NCBI GenBank assembly: GCA_965248445.1
Contig: CBDFJG010000003.1
Location: forward strand, 1,664,001-1,728,000
DNA length: 64,000 bases
From: Planctomycetota bacterium
GTDB lineage: Bacteria > Planctomycetota > JAJSAM01 > JAJVHW01
Direction: 5' to 3'
Shown in pieces: positions 50,435-60,678 of the stretch (its first letter is position 1; each line of letters opens with the position of its first letter). The position numbers and the translations under genes were made by a program. Under the pieces are notes generated by a model that was given only the letters and a program-made list of their open reading frames with translations, ran no database searches and had not been told where the DNA came from.

Positions 50435-50947
50435 TCAGTCCGCCGCCGGCGTCTCGCAAGCGGAAGCGAACCCGAGTGCGCGCTTGATCCGCGGGAATGC
50501 ACCGGCCGCTGCGATGCCGAGCGCTAGTTCCGCCAGCGCGCGGTCTCCGATCCGCGCGCGGATGTTCTCCCGCGGTGCGTCGCCGTCTTCGTGCGAGCCG
50601 ACGACGGCGCGCGCGAACTCTGCGACCTCCGCCAGGTCGTCGGGAAGATCGGAGAAGCGCCCGTCACGCGCTGCGACGACGATCTCGCGCTCGACTCCCG
50701 CCTTTGCCGCCGCGCGCTCCTCGATCCGGACGCACGGTCCGCAGTCCTCGTGGCGGGCGGCGACGATCCGGGCGACGTGCCAGTCCGCGGCCGGGGCGGC
50801 GCTGCGGCACTCGCTCACGCCGAGCAGCTTCGCGAAGCGCAGGAACGTCGGGATGGACGCATCCACGATGAACCTCGCGTAGTCCATCGACTCACCGAGG
50901 TCGCGCTCGGCGGCGCCCAGTCGATTGCGAATCACGGCTCTCAGCAT
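50435..50947 (-). CDS. AhpD-like hypothetical protein
   Basis: ARHEDCGPC motif, FARAV, ELALGIA..AFPRIKRALG. Confidence 0.65.
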   Translation of the reverse strand: MLRAVIRNRLGAAERDLGESMDYARFIVDASIPTFLRFAKLLGVSECRSAAPAADWHVARIVAARHEDCGPCVRIEERAAAKAGVEREIVVAARDGRFSDLPDDLAEVAEFARAVVGSHEDGDAPRENIRARIGDRALAELALGIAAAGAFPRIKRALGFASACETPAAD

Positions 50948-51003
50948 GGTCTCGGCCCTCGCGTGGGTGCGAACCTCTGGACAGTGCGTCAGCGGGCCGG
51001 CAG

Positions 51004-52260
51004 CTACTTGGACTCGCGGTCGGTCTCGTCCGCAAGCCGCTGGCGTTCGACACGTTCTTGGAACGCGCGTGTCAGCTTGCGCACTTCCTTGGCGTCGAAG
51101 ATGCCGGTTTCTTCCTCGGTGTGCTCGGACGTCACGATGTGGCCGACGTTCGAGAGCTCGACTTGCTCGAGCGGCGGCTGTTCGCCCGCTTCGACTGCCT
51201 CCGCTGCAGACTGACCGAGTTCCTCGTCCTCGAAGTCGTCGGTCTCCTCGACGGGATCCGGCGGGCGCTCTGCGTGGATCACCGACTCGGGCGTCCGCAG
51301 CCGCCGCTTGCCCTCGCCGCGGTTGTCGTAGAAGCGCATCGTCGGGTACGCGAAATCGATGTCGTCGTGCTTCGCGAATTCCTTGAGGACAGACGACCAG
51401 AGAGCGTGTTCCGACGAGCGGCGGCGGCGCGTGTCGCAGAGGTACCGGAGCGTCAGAGTGACGCCAATGTCCTCCACCTTCACCCACACGATCGGCGTGA
51501 ACCGCGTGTAATAGACCATGTACCGCGTTGAGGCGTCGTGCACCTGCTTCTGCGCGGCCTTCACCGAGTCCTTCGTCTGCTCGCCGACGATCCTCGTCAG
51601 GACGTTGTGTGCCTTCTCCCAGTTGCTCTCGAACGTGACCGTGATCGGAAGCTCGTTCCAGATGTGCTTGAAGCCCTGCGTGTAGTTGGCGATTACGTGG
51701 TTGAACACGGCACCGTTCGGGATGTGCAGGATCCGCCCGGTGCTCTGCTCTGCATCGACCCAGTTCCCGACCTCGAGCAGCGAGAACATCGAGAGGCGGA
51801 TGTCGATCACGTCTCCCTTCACGCGGTGCTCGCCGAAGTAGATCTCCACGCGGTCTTTCACGTCGAACGGCTCGCGAACGGTGATGTACATCCACCCGAA
51901 GACGTTCAGCAGCGGGTCCTTCAGCGCGATCGCGAGGCCGGCCGACGCGATGCTGATGAACTGGAACCAGTCTGCGTCCTTGGTCGAGATCCAGATGACG
52001 GCGATGGAGAAGAGCGTCACGACGCTGAGCACCGCGTTGCCGGCCTTGCGGACGTGGTAGCGCCGCCGTGGATGCTTGAACAGGCGGCTCGCCGGTTCGA
52101 CGAGGAACCGGCGCAGGAGCAAGAACGAGACGACGAGGAGGAGCGACTTGGTGAGGTTGTGGAGCACGTCGATGCTCCAGCCCTGATCGACGTCCCACCA
52201 ATCCTCGAGGGCCAGCCAGCCGCTGGCCAGAGTGTCGAAGATCCACTGGATGAGACCCAT
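51004..52260 (-). CDS. MscS-family mechanosensitive channel
   Basis: SAGLAIALKDPLLN, PFDVKDRVEI, GDVIDI, QSTGRILHIPN, IDFAYPT. Confidence 0.9.
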   Translation of the reverse strand: MGLIQWIFDTLASGWLALEDWWDVDQGWSIDVLHNLTKSLLLVVSFLLLRRFLVEPASRLFKHPRRRYHVRKAGNAVLSVVTLFSIAVIWISTKDADWFQFISIASAGLAIALKDPLLNVFGWMYITVREPFDVKDRVEIYFGEHRVKGDVIDIRLSMFSLLEVGNWVDAEQSTGRILHIPNGAVFNHVIANYTQGFKHIWNELPITVTFESNWEKAHNVLTRIVGEQTKDSVKAAQKQVHDASTRYMVYYTRFTPIVWVKVEDIGVTLTLRYLCDTRRRRSSEHALWSSVLKEFAKHDDIDFAYPTMRFYDNRGEGKRRLRTPESVIHAERPPDPVEETDDFEDEELGQSAAEAVEAGEQPPLEQVELSNVGHIVTSEHTEEETGIFDAKEVRKLTRAFQERVERQRLADETDRESK

Positions 52261-52339
52261 GCGCGCCGCGCCCCCTGTAAGCCACCCCCAGGCATCCAGG
52301 GGCGCGGCATTCTAGCGCTCGCGTGTACGCTGCGCGCCC

Positions 52340-53296
52340 GTGAGTTCTCTGCGCGTCCACTGCCTCCACGAATTCGACGCCGAGGCGCTCACTGACCTGC
52401 GTGATCGACTCGTTCCCGAGGTCGAGCTCAACGTCTCGAAGACGATTCCGGAGCCTGCCGACTTCGATGTCCTCGTGGCAGGGCGGCCGGCCCCCGAGCA
52501 GTTGGACGTCAGTCCACGGCTCCGCACCGTCGTGATCCCGTGGGCCGGTGTTGCGCCGGCGCTTGTCAGCGCACTGGCGGAGCGTCCACAGATCACGCTT
52601 CACAACATCCACCACAATGCGGCGCCGACCGCGGAGTACGCCGTCGCGCTGCTGCTCGCTGCCGCGAAGGACGTGTGTCCCGCGGACGCACAGATGCGCA
52701 CACTCGACTGGCAGGACCGCGGCCGGTCGCACCGCGCGGTGCTGCTGGAGGGCCGCCGCGCGCTGGTGCTCGGCTACGGAGAGATCGGGCGCCGGGTCGC
52801 TGCAGCGCTGCGCGGAATCGGCATGACCGTCACCGGCGTGCGCCGCGCCGCGGGCGGCGACGCCGCGTCCGTCGATGATCTGGACGAGCTTCTGCCGCAG
52901 ACGGACGTGCTGATGGTGACGCTGCCGTTGACAGACGCCACGCGCGGTCTCATCGGGGCCAAGCAACTGGCGCTGCTGCCGCGAGGCGCGATCGTCGTGA
53001 ACGTCGGCCGCGGAGCCGTGTTCCGCGAGCACGCGCTGTTCGAGGCTCTCGACAGCGGGCATCTGCACGGCGCGGGCCTCGACGTCTGGTGGCGTTACCC
53101 GATGCCGGATGTCGAGCGAACGGTCCCGTCCGCTGCGCCTCTGCACACACTATCGAACGTCGTCATGAGCCCGCACCGCGCCGGCCACTGCGACCGCACC
53201 GAGGAACTCCGCATGACCGCGCTGGCGAAGACGCTCAACACCCTGGCGCGCGGCGCTGAGCCGCCGGGGCGTGTCGATCTCACGAAGGGGTACTGA
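52340..53296 (+). CDS. D-isomer-specific 2-hydroxyacid dehydrogenase
   Basis: GYGEIG, LPLTDATRGLIG, VNVGRG, AGLDVW, MSPHRAG. Confidence 0.92.
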   Translation: MSSLRVHCLHEFDAEALTDLRDRLVPEVELNVSKTIPEPADFDVLVAGRPAPEQLDVSPRLRTVVIPWAGVAPALVSALAERPQITLHNIHHNAAPTAEYAVALLLAAAKDVCPADAQMRTLDWQDRGRSHRAVLLEGRRALVLGYGEIGRRVAAALRGIGMTVTGVRRAAGGDAASVDDLDELLPQTDVLMVTLPLTDATRGLIGAKQLALLPRGAIVVNVGRGAVFREHALFEALDSGHLHGAGLDVWWRYPMPDVERTVPSAAPLHTLSNVVMSPHRAGHCDRTEELRMTALAKTLNTLARGAEPPGRVDLTKGY

Positions 53297-53298
53297 GC

Positions 53299-55764
53299 AT
53301 GCGAAGATTCGCCGCCGCGCTGATTCTGGTCCTGGTCGCCGCGCCGGGACGCGGGCAGGAGGCGCCCGCCGCGCCACCTGAGCCCGAGCTGGTCGGGGGC
53401 GAGTGGCTCGTCCTGCCCGCCGTCGATACCCGCGGCCGGCAGCCGTTCAACCCGGACGCCGTGTTCGTGCGCTACCTGCTCGAACGGCCGTTCGCCGCGC
53501 CGAGCGAAGGCCAGACGGTGCGCGGAACGAACGGAGAACGCGAAACGTGGACCAAGGTGAGCGTTGACGAGCAGGGGCGGGTCCCCTGGACCGTGAAGCA
53601 CAGGCGCAACCACGTCGCGTGGGCGTACCGGACCTACGACAGCGACCACGAGAGGGTCGTCCTGGCGGACTGCAACCGCGGCGCCTCGCTGTTCGTCAAC
53701 GGCACCGGCTACGTCGGCGACATTTACAGCTTGAACACGGGCCCGGTTCCGGTGTTGCTCCGCAAGGGCGCGAACCACATCTTCGTGCGCGGTTCCCGCG
53801 GCGGCTCCAAACTGACGTTCAAGGACGTCGATCCCGCGATGCCGATCGTCCTCTCGGCCATGGACATGACGCTGCCGGACCTCGTCGTGGGAGAGGCGTA
53901 CGTCGGCGAGGCGGCGATCACGATCACCAATGCCAGCGCGGACTCGTGGATCGACTGGCTGGACCAGGCGCCGCCGGGTGATGCCACGTTCATCGATCCG
54001 CCCAGCATCGCGCCGCTCGCCGTCCTGAAGTTGCCGCTCCGCATCTCCGCACCGGCGATCTCCCCGGAGCCCGATGCGGCGGGTGCGCACACGATCCTGG
54101 TGCACTTCCCGGCGAAGGACCCGTTCAGCAGTGGGCCTCCGTTGAATGTCGGGACGATTTTGCCTCTGCGCGTGCGCGAGCCGGAGCAGGTGCGCAAAAT
54201 AACGTTCCGCTCGGCGCAGGACGATTCGGTGCAGTACTACGCCGTCCGTCCCCCGACCGGAGACGCGGCTGGTGTCGTGCTCTCCCTCCACGGTGCCGGG
54301 GTCAAGGCCCCTGCGCAGGCGCGTTCGTACGGCCCGAAGGAGGACCTCTGGATCTGCGCGCCGACCAACCGGCGTCCGTACGGGTTCGATTGGCAGGACT
54401 GGGGCCGGCGGGACGCGTACGAGGCGCTCGAACACGTACTCGCGGCGACCGGAGTCGATCCGGCCGAGGTCTACCTGACGGGCCACTCGATGGGCGGCCA
54501 CGGGACGTGGCACCTCGCAGCCAACGACCCGGACCGTTTCCGCGCGATCGGACCGAGTGCGGCATGGTCGCAGTTCGACAACGTCTGGGCCGGGCGCCCT
54601 AACGCGGCGCGCGACGAGCCGTGGCTGGGTGCGGACCGCGCGTCGGACACGATGTCGCTGATCGACAACCTCGCGCAGATCCCGACGTTCATCCTGCACG
54701 GCGAGAAGGATGACAACGTGCCGCTCAGCGAGGCCGAGCGGATGCTCGCCGCGCTGCGCGCGGCCGGAGCGGCGCCGCTCCATCACTTCGAGCCGGACAA
54801 GAAGCACTGGTGGGACGGCTACCCCGAACCCGGGACGGCTTGTGTGGACTGGCCCGCGATGTTCGAGTTGTTCTCCGCGCCGGAACAGGCGTCGCCGCAG
54901 AGCGGCCGCATGTCGTTTACGTCGGTGGACCCTGGTGTCGACTCGACCCACGGGTTCGTGACCGTCGAGCAGGTACTGGAATACGGGCAGTCCTTCCACG
55001 TCAGCAGCGAGCGCATGGGGAACGCCATTCACGTCGATACGCAGAACGTCGCCCATCTCCAGGTGACGTCGCCGTTGCCGGGGGAGGAGATCGTCTGGGT
55101 CCTGAACGGGACGACCGCCCACATGGGCGCCGAGCGATCACTCTGGTTCCACACGGACGGCGAGAAGTGGACGCTCGCCGACGGTGCGCCGCCGGCCGGC
55201 GAGAAGTCCTCCGTTCTCAGCGGGCCGTTCAAGCGCGCCTTCGACCGGAGATTCGTCATGGTGATCGGCACGGCCGGAGACGAGACCGAGAACGACACAC
55301 TGCTCGCCCGCGCGCGCTACGACGCGCAGGTGTGGAAGTACCGCGGGAACGGCCGCGGCGAGATCGTGACGGACGAGAACTTCAAGAAGGGTGACTACGC
55401 CGGCCGCAACGTGGTTCTCTACGGCAACGTCTCGACGAACACGGCCTGGACCACGGTGATCGGGGGCGACACGCCGATCGCGGCCGAGCGCGGCAAGCTC
55501 ACGGTGGGCGAGAAGACCTATGAGGGCGACGCGTACGCGGCGCTGTTCGTCCGCCCGCGAAAGGACGATCCCGCTGCGATCGTCGGCGTCTTCGCCGACA
55601 CCGGCGTCGCCGGATCGCGACTCGGCTACAACGTGCTCACGTTCGTCTCGGGCGTGGGGTACCCGGACTACACGGTCTTCTCACCGACCGTGCTGCACGC
55701 CGGCACCGACGGCGTCCTCGAGGCGGGCTGGTTCGACGTGAAGTGGAAGATCCAGCAGGAGTAG
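53299..55764 (+). CDS. Secreted alpha/beta-hydrolase (prolyl-oligopeptidase/esterase-like)
   Basis: Signal peptide; SLHGAG, GHSMGG nucleophile elbow, HGEKDDNVP, HWW. Confidence 0.85.
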   Translation: MRRFAAALILVLVAAPGRGQEAPAAPPEPELVGGEWLVLPAVDTRGRQPFNPDAVFVRYLLERPFAAPSEGQTVRGTNGERETWTKVSVDEQGRVPWTVKHRRNHVAWAYRTYDSDHERVVLADCNRGASLFVNGTGYVGDIYSLNTGPVPVLLRKGANHIFVRGSRGGSKLTFKDVDPAMPIVLSAMDMTLPDLVVGEAYVGEAAITITNASADSWIDWLDQAPPGDATFIDPPSIAPLAVLKLPLRISAPAISPEPDAAGAHTILVHFPAKDPFSSGPPLNVGTILPLRVREPEQVRKITFRSAQDDSVQYYAVRPPTGDAAGVVLSLHGAGVKAPAQARSYGPKEDLWICAPTNRRPYGFDWQDWGRRDAYEALEHVLAATGVDPAEVYLTGHSMGGHGTWHLAANDPDRFRAIGPSAAWSQFDNVWAGRPNAARDEPWLGADRASDTMSLIDNLAQIPTFILHGEKDDNVPLSEAERMLAALRAAGAAPLHHFEPDKKHWWDGYPEPGTACVDWPAMFELFSAPEQASPQSGRMSFTSVDPGVDSTHGFVTVEQVLEYGQSFHVSSERMGNAIHVDTQNVAHLQVTSPLPGEEIVWVLNGTTAHMGAERSLWFHTDGEKWTLADGAPPAGEKSSVLSGPFKRAFDRRFVMVIGTAGDETENDTLLARARYDAQVWKYRGNGRGEIVTDENFKKGDYAGRNVVLYGNVSTNTAWTTVIGGDTPIAAERGKLTVGEKTYEGDAYAALFVRPRKDDPAAIVGVFADTGVAGSRLGYNVLTFVSGVGYPDYTVFSPTVLHAGTDGVLEAGWFDVKWKIQQE

Positions 55765-55766
55765 CC

Positions 55767-56297
55767 GTGTCCCGCCGCGTCGTTCTCGTTCCCTACGACC
55801 CGGCGTGGCCCGACTGGTTCGAACGGGAGGCCGCCGAGCTGCGCGACGTCTTGGGTGACATCGCTCTCGACGTTCATCACATCGGCAGCACGTCCGTGCC
55901 CGGGCTCACGGCGAAACCCGTCATGGACATGATCCCCGTGATCGAGAGCCTCGCTGCGATCGATGCGCGGCGTCCGCAGATCGAGGCCGCGGGGTACGCG
56001 TGGCGCGGCGAACTCGGCATCGCCCGCCGCCGCTACCTGACGCGCGGCCACGAGGGCCCGCAGGACCTCCATGCGCACTGCTTCGCCGCAGGAGATCCGC
56101 AGATTGCGCGGCACCTGCTCTTTCGCGACGTGCTGCGCACGGATGAGTGCGTTACCGCGGAGTACGTGGCGCTCAAGCTCGCCCTGCGTGATCGCTTCCC
56201 GAACCACGGCTACGCGTACGCCGACGCCAAGGACGAGTTCGTGGCCCGTGTCCTCCGGAACGCCGGATGGGTTGCGCCCGGCGGCACGGAGCCCTAA
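55767..56297 (+). CDS. GrpB family protein
   Basis: VPYDPAWP..FEREA, HHIGSTSVPGLTAKPVMD, HLLFRDVLR, Y...K...Y...K. Confidence 0.92.
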   Translation: MSRRVVLVPYDPAWPDWFEREAAELRDVLGDIALDVHHIGSTSVPGLTAKPVMDMIPVIESLAAIDARRPQIEAAGYAWRGELGIARRRYLTRGHEGPQDLHAHCFAAGDPQIARHLLFRDVLRTDECVTAEYVALKLALRDRFPNHGYAYADAKDEFVARVLRNAGWVAPGGTEP

Positions 56298-56355
56298 CGT
56301 CTTCGGCACGTGGAGTGCCGCTCGAAGCACGGCGGCCCAACCCGGAGGGAAGAAG

Positions 56356-56919
56356 ATGTCACGCAGATCAATGGGACCCGTCTTCGCAATCGTCGTCGCT
56401 GCATTGGTGTTTACGCTCCCTGAGACCGGACTATCGAAGTTCGGACCCTTCTCGGTCACGGGGACGAACTGGGACGTGGCCGGGAAGATCAAGGCGAAGG
56501 TCAAGGGCGTGGGCAAGACCAAGGAGGACGTGACAGCCAGCGTCCGCTTCCTGAGTGACACGCTCCTCGAACTGGAAGACAGCGAGGGCAACCTCATCCA
56601 GGCCGACTACACCGGCGGTCAGATTGACGAGGACGGCAAAGGCTCCAAGAAGCTCACCGTCGTGCTGACGCCGCAGCAGCTCGACAGCGCGGAGGCGGAG
56701 CTCGCGGAGTTCGCCACCGACCTTGCCGTCGAGAACGGCTTGCCGGCGATCACGCCCACCATCGAGATCACCAAGCAGAAGGTGAAGGGCAAGCTGGCCA
56801 AGAACGGAGAGCTGCTGAAGGTCAAGGCGAAGTTCAAGTTCACGGCCTCGGCTCTTGGTCAGAGCGCGAACGGCAAGTTCCAGATCAAGGCCAAGGGACC
56901 CCAGGCCCCCAGCGAATAG
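56356..56919 (+). CDS. Secreted Lys-rich hypothetical protein
   Basis: GGAGG upstream; hydrophobic signal; strong GC3 bias. Confidence 0.7.
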   Translation: MSRRSMGPVFAIVVAALVFTLPETGLSKFGPFSVTGTNWDVAGKIKAKVKGVGKTKEDVTASVRFLSDTLLELEDSEGNLIQADYTGGQIDEDGKGSKKLTVVLTPQQLDSAEAELAEFATDLAVENGLPAITPTIEITKQKVKGKLAKNGELLKVKAKFKFTASALGQSANGKFQIKAKGPQAPSE

Positions 56920-56953
56920 ACACACCGAAGAGTAGGCGCACAGGAGAGATCGC

Positions 56954-57301
56954 ATGTCCTCACCGAACGACCCACCGGGTGCTGAGATGACCGTCGCGCT
57001 TTACAAGCCGTTCGACGGCAAGGACGCGGAGCTGCGCGAGATCATCAAGCGCCACGTTCCCTACCTGCGCAGCGAGGGCCTCGCGACCGACCGGCCCGTG
57101 GTCCACATGCGCGCAGAGAACGGCACGTACGTCGAGATCTTCGAGTGGGTTCCCGGCGCTGCGGAGGCGGCTCATTCGCACGACGGCGTGATGAAGATGT
57201 GGGGCGAGATGATGGCGGTCGCCGATTTCCCCGAGTTCCACGAGCTGGCCGAGAGCCAGCGCCGCTTCCCGCACTTCACGGCCGTCGATGACTTGGTCTA
57301 G
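56954..57301 (+). CDS. Hypothetical dimeric alpha/beta-barrel-like protein
   Basis: AGGAG RBS; YKP..GKDAEL...H...LR.EGL.TDR...GTYVEIFEW. Confidence 0.7.
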   Translation: MSSPNDPPGAEMTVALYKPFDGKDAELREIIKRHVPYLRSEGLATDRPVVHMRAENGTYVEIFEWVPGAAEAAHSHDGVMKMWGEMMAVADFPEFHELAESQRRFPHFTAVDDLV

Positions 57302-57764
57302 CTGACGCGCTCCGGCGACCAGCAGACGACGTGCAACGACTCGACGAAGTGCAACAGAGGTGCGGTATCGGGCAGCTCGATGCCTGTCGCCGCCGCCATG
57401 GTGTTCTCCGAGATCTCGGCCCAGGCTGGCGCGAGCGGCCATGGCGGGTGGCTGATCTCACCGCGTAGCAGGCCATCCGCGCCCGCTGCGTACAGGCAGT
57501 AACGCGCAGTGAGCCAGTGGTCGAGCGTCGCGGCTGTCGCTTCGTTCGGCATCGCCGTCGCTGCGTACTTCGCACGGAGGACTGCCGGCGGCGCGCCGGC
57601 GTGCGTTCTCTCGCTCACGTAGACGGTGGTTCCGTCGCCGCTCTTCTTGCACGACATCAGCGCGTCGAAGTAGGGGAGGTGGAACCACCGGCGCGCCACA
57701 CGGACGGCCAGGCGGCTGGCGGCGTCGAGGGAGAAGAACCAGACGCCGGGCTTGTCTCCGTGCC
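57298..57764 (-). pseudogene. 3' part of a YqjF/DUF2071 family gene truncated by IS66
   Basis: PGVWFFSLDAAS..AV..AR..FHLPY, WLTARYCLY, ISHPPWPL; N-terminal half absent. Confidence 0.85.
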
Positions 57765-59264
57765 GTAACCGTTCACCCCTTCGTCGCGAGCCAGGATCCA
57801 GATCGTTCGGCCATCGGTCGATCAAGATGTTGTGGGCGAGCGGCAGGACGAGGATCTGCGGGCGATGGTCGAGGGCCTTCTGGCCTGGATCGAGGAGCTG
57901 GAGCGTCGCGAAGCGAAGCATCTGCGCCGCATCGACGAGCTCGAGTCGCGTCTGAAGCGTGACTCCCGCAACAGCTCGAGGCCTCCGTCGTCGGACCCGG
58001 CGTGGTCCAAGCGCCGTCGCGGCCGAAGGCCGCGTAGCGGTCGCAAGCAGGGCGGACAGCCGGGCCATGAGGGCACGGCGCGCGAGCTGGTGGATCCGTC
58101 CAACGTCGATGAGACCAAGGAGCACCGTCCCGACCTCTGCGACGCGTGCGGACACGACGATCTCGAGCAGGGCATCGGCGATCCGTACCGGCACCAGGTG
58201 ACGGTGCTCCCGCGCGTGCTCGTCACGGTGCGGGAGCACCGGCTGCACAAGGCGCGGTGCCGGCGCTGTCGTGCGGTCACGACGGCGGTCCTGCCCGATG
58301 GCGTGCCGACCGGGGCCTTCGGTCCGCGGCTGACCACACTTGCCGGCGCGCTGCGCGGCGTGTACCGCGTGAGCGTGCGGGAGACGCAGCGGCTGCTCGG
58401 TGAGATCTTCGGTGTGAAGATGTCGCTGGGCAAGATCAGCGACTGTGAGCGTCGGCTCAGTGACGCTCTGCACTCGTCGTACCTCGAAGCCCTCGGGGCA
58501 GTCCGCACGTCGCTGCGAGCCAACGTGGACGAGACGTCGTGGAAGGAACGGGGCCGGGTGTGCTGGCTGTGGGCGGCGGAGAGCGAGCACGCCACAGCCT
58601 TCGGGATCGATCGCCGCCGCAGTGCCAAGGCGAAAGGGCGGCTGATCGGGCGGCGCTTCGGTGGCACGGTGATCAGCGACCGGATGGGTGCCTACGAGTC
58701 ACACCCACTTGCCCGCCGCCAGCTCTGCTGGGCGCACATCGAGCGCGCCTTCCGTGCGCTGGCCGAAGGCCCGCGAGAACATCGCCGCTTCGGCAACAAG
58801 GGCGTCATGATCGCGCAGTCGGTCATGCGCAGCTACCGGCTCTTCGGTGAGCACGGCGACCGTGACCGGCTGCAAGGCGAAGCCGCTGTGCTGCGCGGAC
58901 GGCTCGAGCGACTGATCGCGAACGACGACTCGGCTCTGGCCAACCATCTGCGCCCCCGCGTGGTCGCCCTCTTCACCTATGCGCGGACCCAGGACGTGAG
59001 TCCGACGAACAACGCCGCCGAGCGCGCGGTCCGCAAAGCGGTGCTCTGGCGCAAGGGCTCCTTCGGAAGCCAGTCCGCTCGCGGACTCCGCTTCGCCGAG
59101 CGCGTGTTGACCGCCGCGGCCACGCTGCGACGCCGTGGCGACCAAGTCTTCGACTTCCTCGCCGACTCGGTCGCCGCGCACCTCACCGGCGCCGACCCGC
59201 CCGTCATGGTCCCGCTGCCCGTCGCACGCTGAGGCTCACACGCTGTCAAGGGGTGAACGGTTAC
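57765..59264 (+). mobile_element. IS66-family element (single-ORF, ISBst12-like organisation)
   Basis: Perfect 17-bp IR GTAACCGTTCACCCCTT at both ends; no matching target duplication. Confidence 0.92.
57832..59232 (+). CDS. IS66-family transposase
   Basis: NSSRPPSSD, GGQPGHEG, CDACG, NVDETSW, ISDR, QLCWAHIER, PTNNAAERAVR. Confidence 0.94.
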   Translation: MGERQDEDLRAMVEGLLAWIEELERREAKHLRRIDELESRLKRDSRNSSRPPSSDPAWSKRRRGRRPRSGRKQGGQPGHEGTARELVDPSNVDETKEHRPDLCDACGHDDLEQGIGDPYRHQVTVLPRVLVTVREHRLHKARCRRCRAVTTAVLPDGVPTGAFGPRLTTLAGALRGVYRVSVRETQRLLGEIFGVKMSLGKISDCERRLSDALHSSYLEALGAVRTSLRANVDETSWKERGRVCWLWAAESEHATAFGIDRRRSAKAKGRLIGRRFGGTVISDRMGAYESHPLARRQLCWAHIERAFRALAEGPREHRRFGNKGVMIAQSVMRSYRLFGEHGDRDRLQGEAAVLRGRLERLIANDDSALANHLRPRVVALFTYARTQDVSPTNNAAERAVRKAVLWRKGSFGSQSARGLRFAERVLTAAATLRRRGDQVFDFLADSVAAHLTGADPPVMVPLPVAR

Positions 59265-59335
59265 CCTCGGCCTACGGGGCGGCAGCATGGGGACAGTCTA
59301 GACGGCTCGATGTTCCCTTGCCTGCCGCCGGAGAC

Positions 59336-59480
59336 GGAACGCTCCAAGGGTGGAACGGTCGGTTCGATCGTGCGGACAGGGGGGGAGTGGATAACCCCTC
59401 GACACATTTTTGGGAAGTCCGAGTTCTGGAGCGCCCCCAGTCGCCGCGGATCGCCGTGCGCCTGCACGTCAGCATGACGC
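59336..59480 (+). repeat. Diverged intergenic repeat, copy A
   Basis: GGAACGCTCCAAGGGTGGAACGGTCGGTTCGATCGTGCGGACAGGGGGGGAGTGGAT aligns with copy B at 60486. Confidence 0.75.
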
Positions 59481-59507
59481 CCGTCCTACCATGTCGTCGT
59501 GGGGATC

Positions 59508-60473
59508 ATGCAACCGACCATCGTCTACCGGGACCCGCGACCAATCTCGGGCACGGTCGCCGTGCTCCTCGGCGTCGCAGCCGTCCTCTCGGTCTGTGGG
59601 ATCTTGCTGGATGCCGGGGTGCTCGACTCGCTGGACCGACTCGCTCTCGGCGGCAACCAGGCGGAGAAGTTCGAACGCGCGTTCGCATCGGTAGTGCGTC
59701 TTGAGCAATCTGACGTGGTGCTCTGGGTTCTGACGGGCGTCGCGTTCGTTCTGTGGATGCGTCGCGCCGCAATCAACAACATGGCGTTGGGCGCCAAGAA
59801 GATGCGGCACGGTCCCAGAGCGGGTTACTGGTTCTTGGTTCCCCTTGCGCACGCGATCGTCCCCTGCCTGGCCGTCGCAGAGGCGTGGCGAGCCAGCGGT
59901 CGCGGCAGAGGTGAGACGTGGAAGACGAACTCGACTTCCCCCCTCGTCATCGCTTGGTGGATCGCGTTCGTCGTCTCGTTCGTGGGCGGGCAGTTAGTGT
60001 TCGTCATCGCCGACTGGGAAGACGTCGAGTCAGTGCAACGGCTCTTTCGGTGGGATGTCGGGCGACGCGGAGGCCGCGTGCTCGCCGCGATCCTCGCGGT
60101 CGCCGTTGTCTTGGGCATCTCAACTCGCCAGAGGGCGAAGCTGCACGCGCTGGAGACCGCCGAGAACCGGCTCACGCTGGACGGGGCGTCGAGGAGAGTC
60201 GTCAGCCAAGCGACGGCCTCTGCGGCGCCAGCAGCACATGCATTCGACGGCGGAGAAGGAAGCAGCCGTGAGGAGCAGTCTTCGGAGAATCGCGTCATAC
60301 AGTCGTCCCGCGATGTGCCAACTGCGCAGCGTCGGCGCGTCCAAGACGCATCCAGTTCCGCAATCGTGCGGCTCTGCGATGGTTGTGCGGGCGAACTTGA
60401 GCGAGAGGGCTCGGTTGTCGAGTCGTTCGGCGCTCGCGGGGGCGCCTGTGAGATGTGCCACCCGCCGCTGTAA
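59508..60473 (+). CDS. DUF4328-like membrane protein with C-terminal Cys pairs
   Basis: FVLWMRRAAIN, GYWFLVPLAH...P..AVAEAWRAS, LVIAWWIAF; CDGC/CEMC tail. Confidence 0.75.
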   Translation: MQPTIVYRDPRPISGTVAVLLGVAAVLSVCGILLDAGVLDSLDRLALGGNQAEKFERAFASVVRLEQSDVVLWVLTGVAFVLWMRRAAINNMALGAKKMRHGPRAGYWFLVPLAHAIVPCLAVAEAWRASGRGRGETWKTNSTSPLVIAWWIAFVVSFVGGQLVFVIADWEDVESVQRLFRWDVGRRGGRVLAAILAVAVVLGISTRQRAKLHALETAENRLTLDGASRRVVSQATASAAPAAHAFDGGEGSSREEQSSENRVIQSSRDVPTAQRRRVQDASSSAIVRLCDGCAGELEREGSVVESFGARGGACEMCHPPL

Positions 60474-60485
60474 CAGCGCCGAGCG

Positions 60486-60645
60486 GGAACGCCCCAGGAG
60501 AGAACGGTCGATTCGATCGCGGATGCGGGGGGAGTGAATGGCCTGCCCCGATAGTTTTGGGGAATCGGGAACCTCCGGCTCGTACGCCACGCGAGCGCCG
60601 CGTGCCCCCGCCGCGGAGGCGGCGTACGCTCACGGCGCCGACGCG
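60486..60645 (+). repeat. Diverged intergenic repeat, copy B
   Basis: GGAACGCCCCAGGAGAGAACGGTCGATTCGATCGCGGATGCGGGGGGAGTGAAT aligns with copy A at 59336. Confidence 0.75.
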
Positions 60646-60678
60646 CCCCCGTGCGCGTTTCACCAACAGGGGGTAGCC

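Noticed and set aside
50435..53146. 903-aa minus-strand ORF from the track
   Set aside because: Only the last ~170 codons (from ATG 50947) look real; the rest overlaps mscS in another frame and is antisense to the dehydrogenase.
57298..58590. 430-aa minus-strand ORF as an intact gene
   Set aside because: It is antisense IS66 sequence read in frame into the truncated YqjF/DUF2071 remnant.
59386..59394. DnaA-box-like TTATCCACT on the minus strand
   Set aside because: Single mismatched copy, not conserved in repeat copy B.
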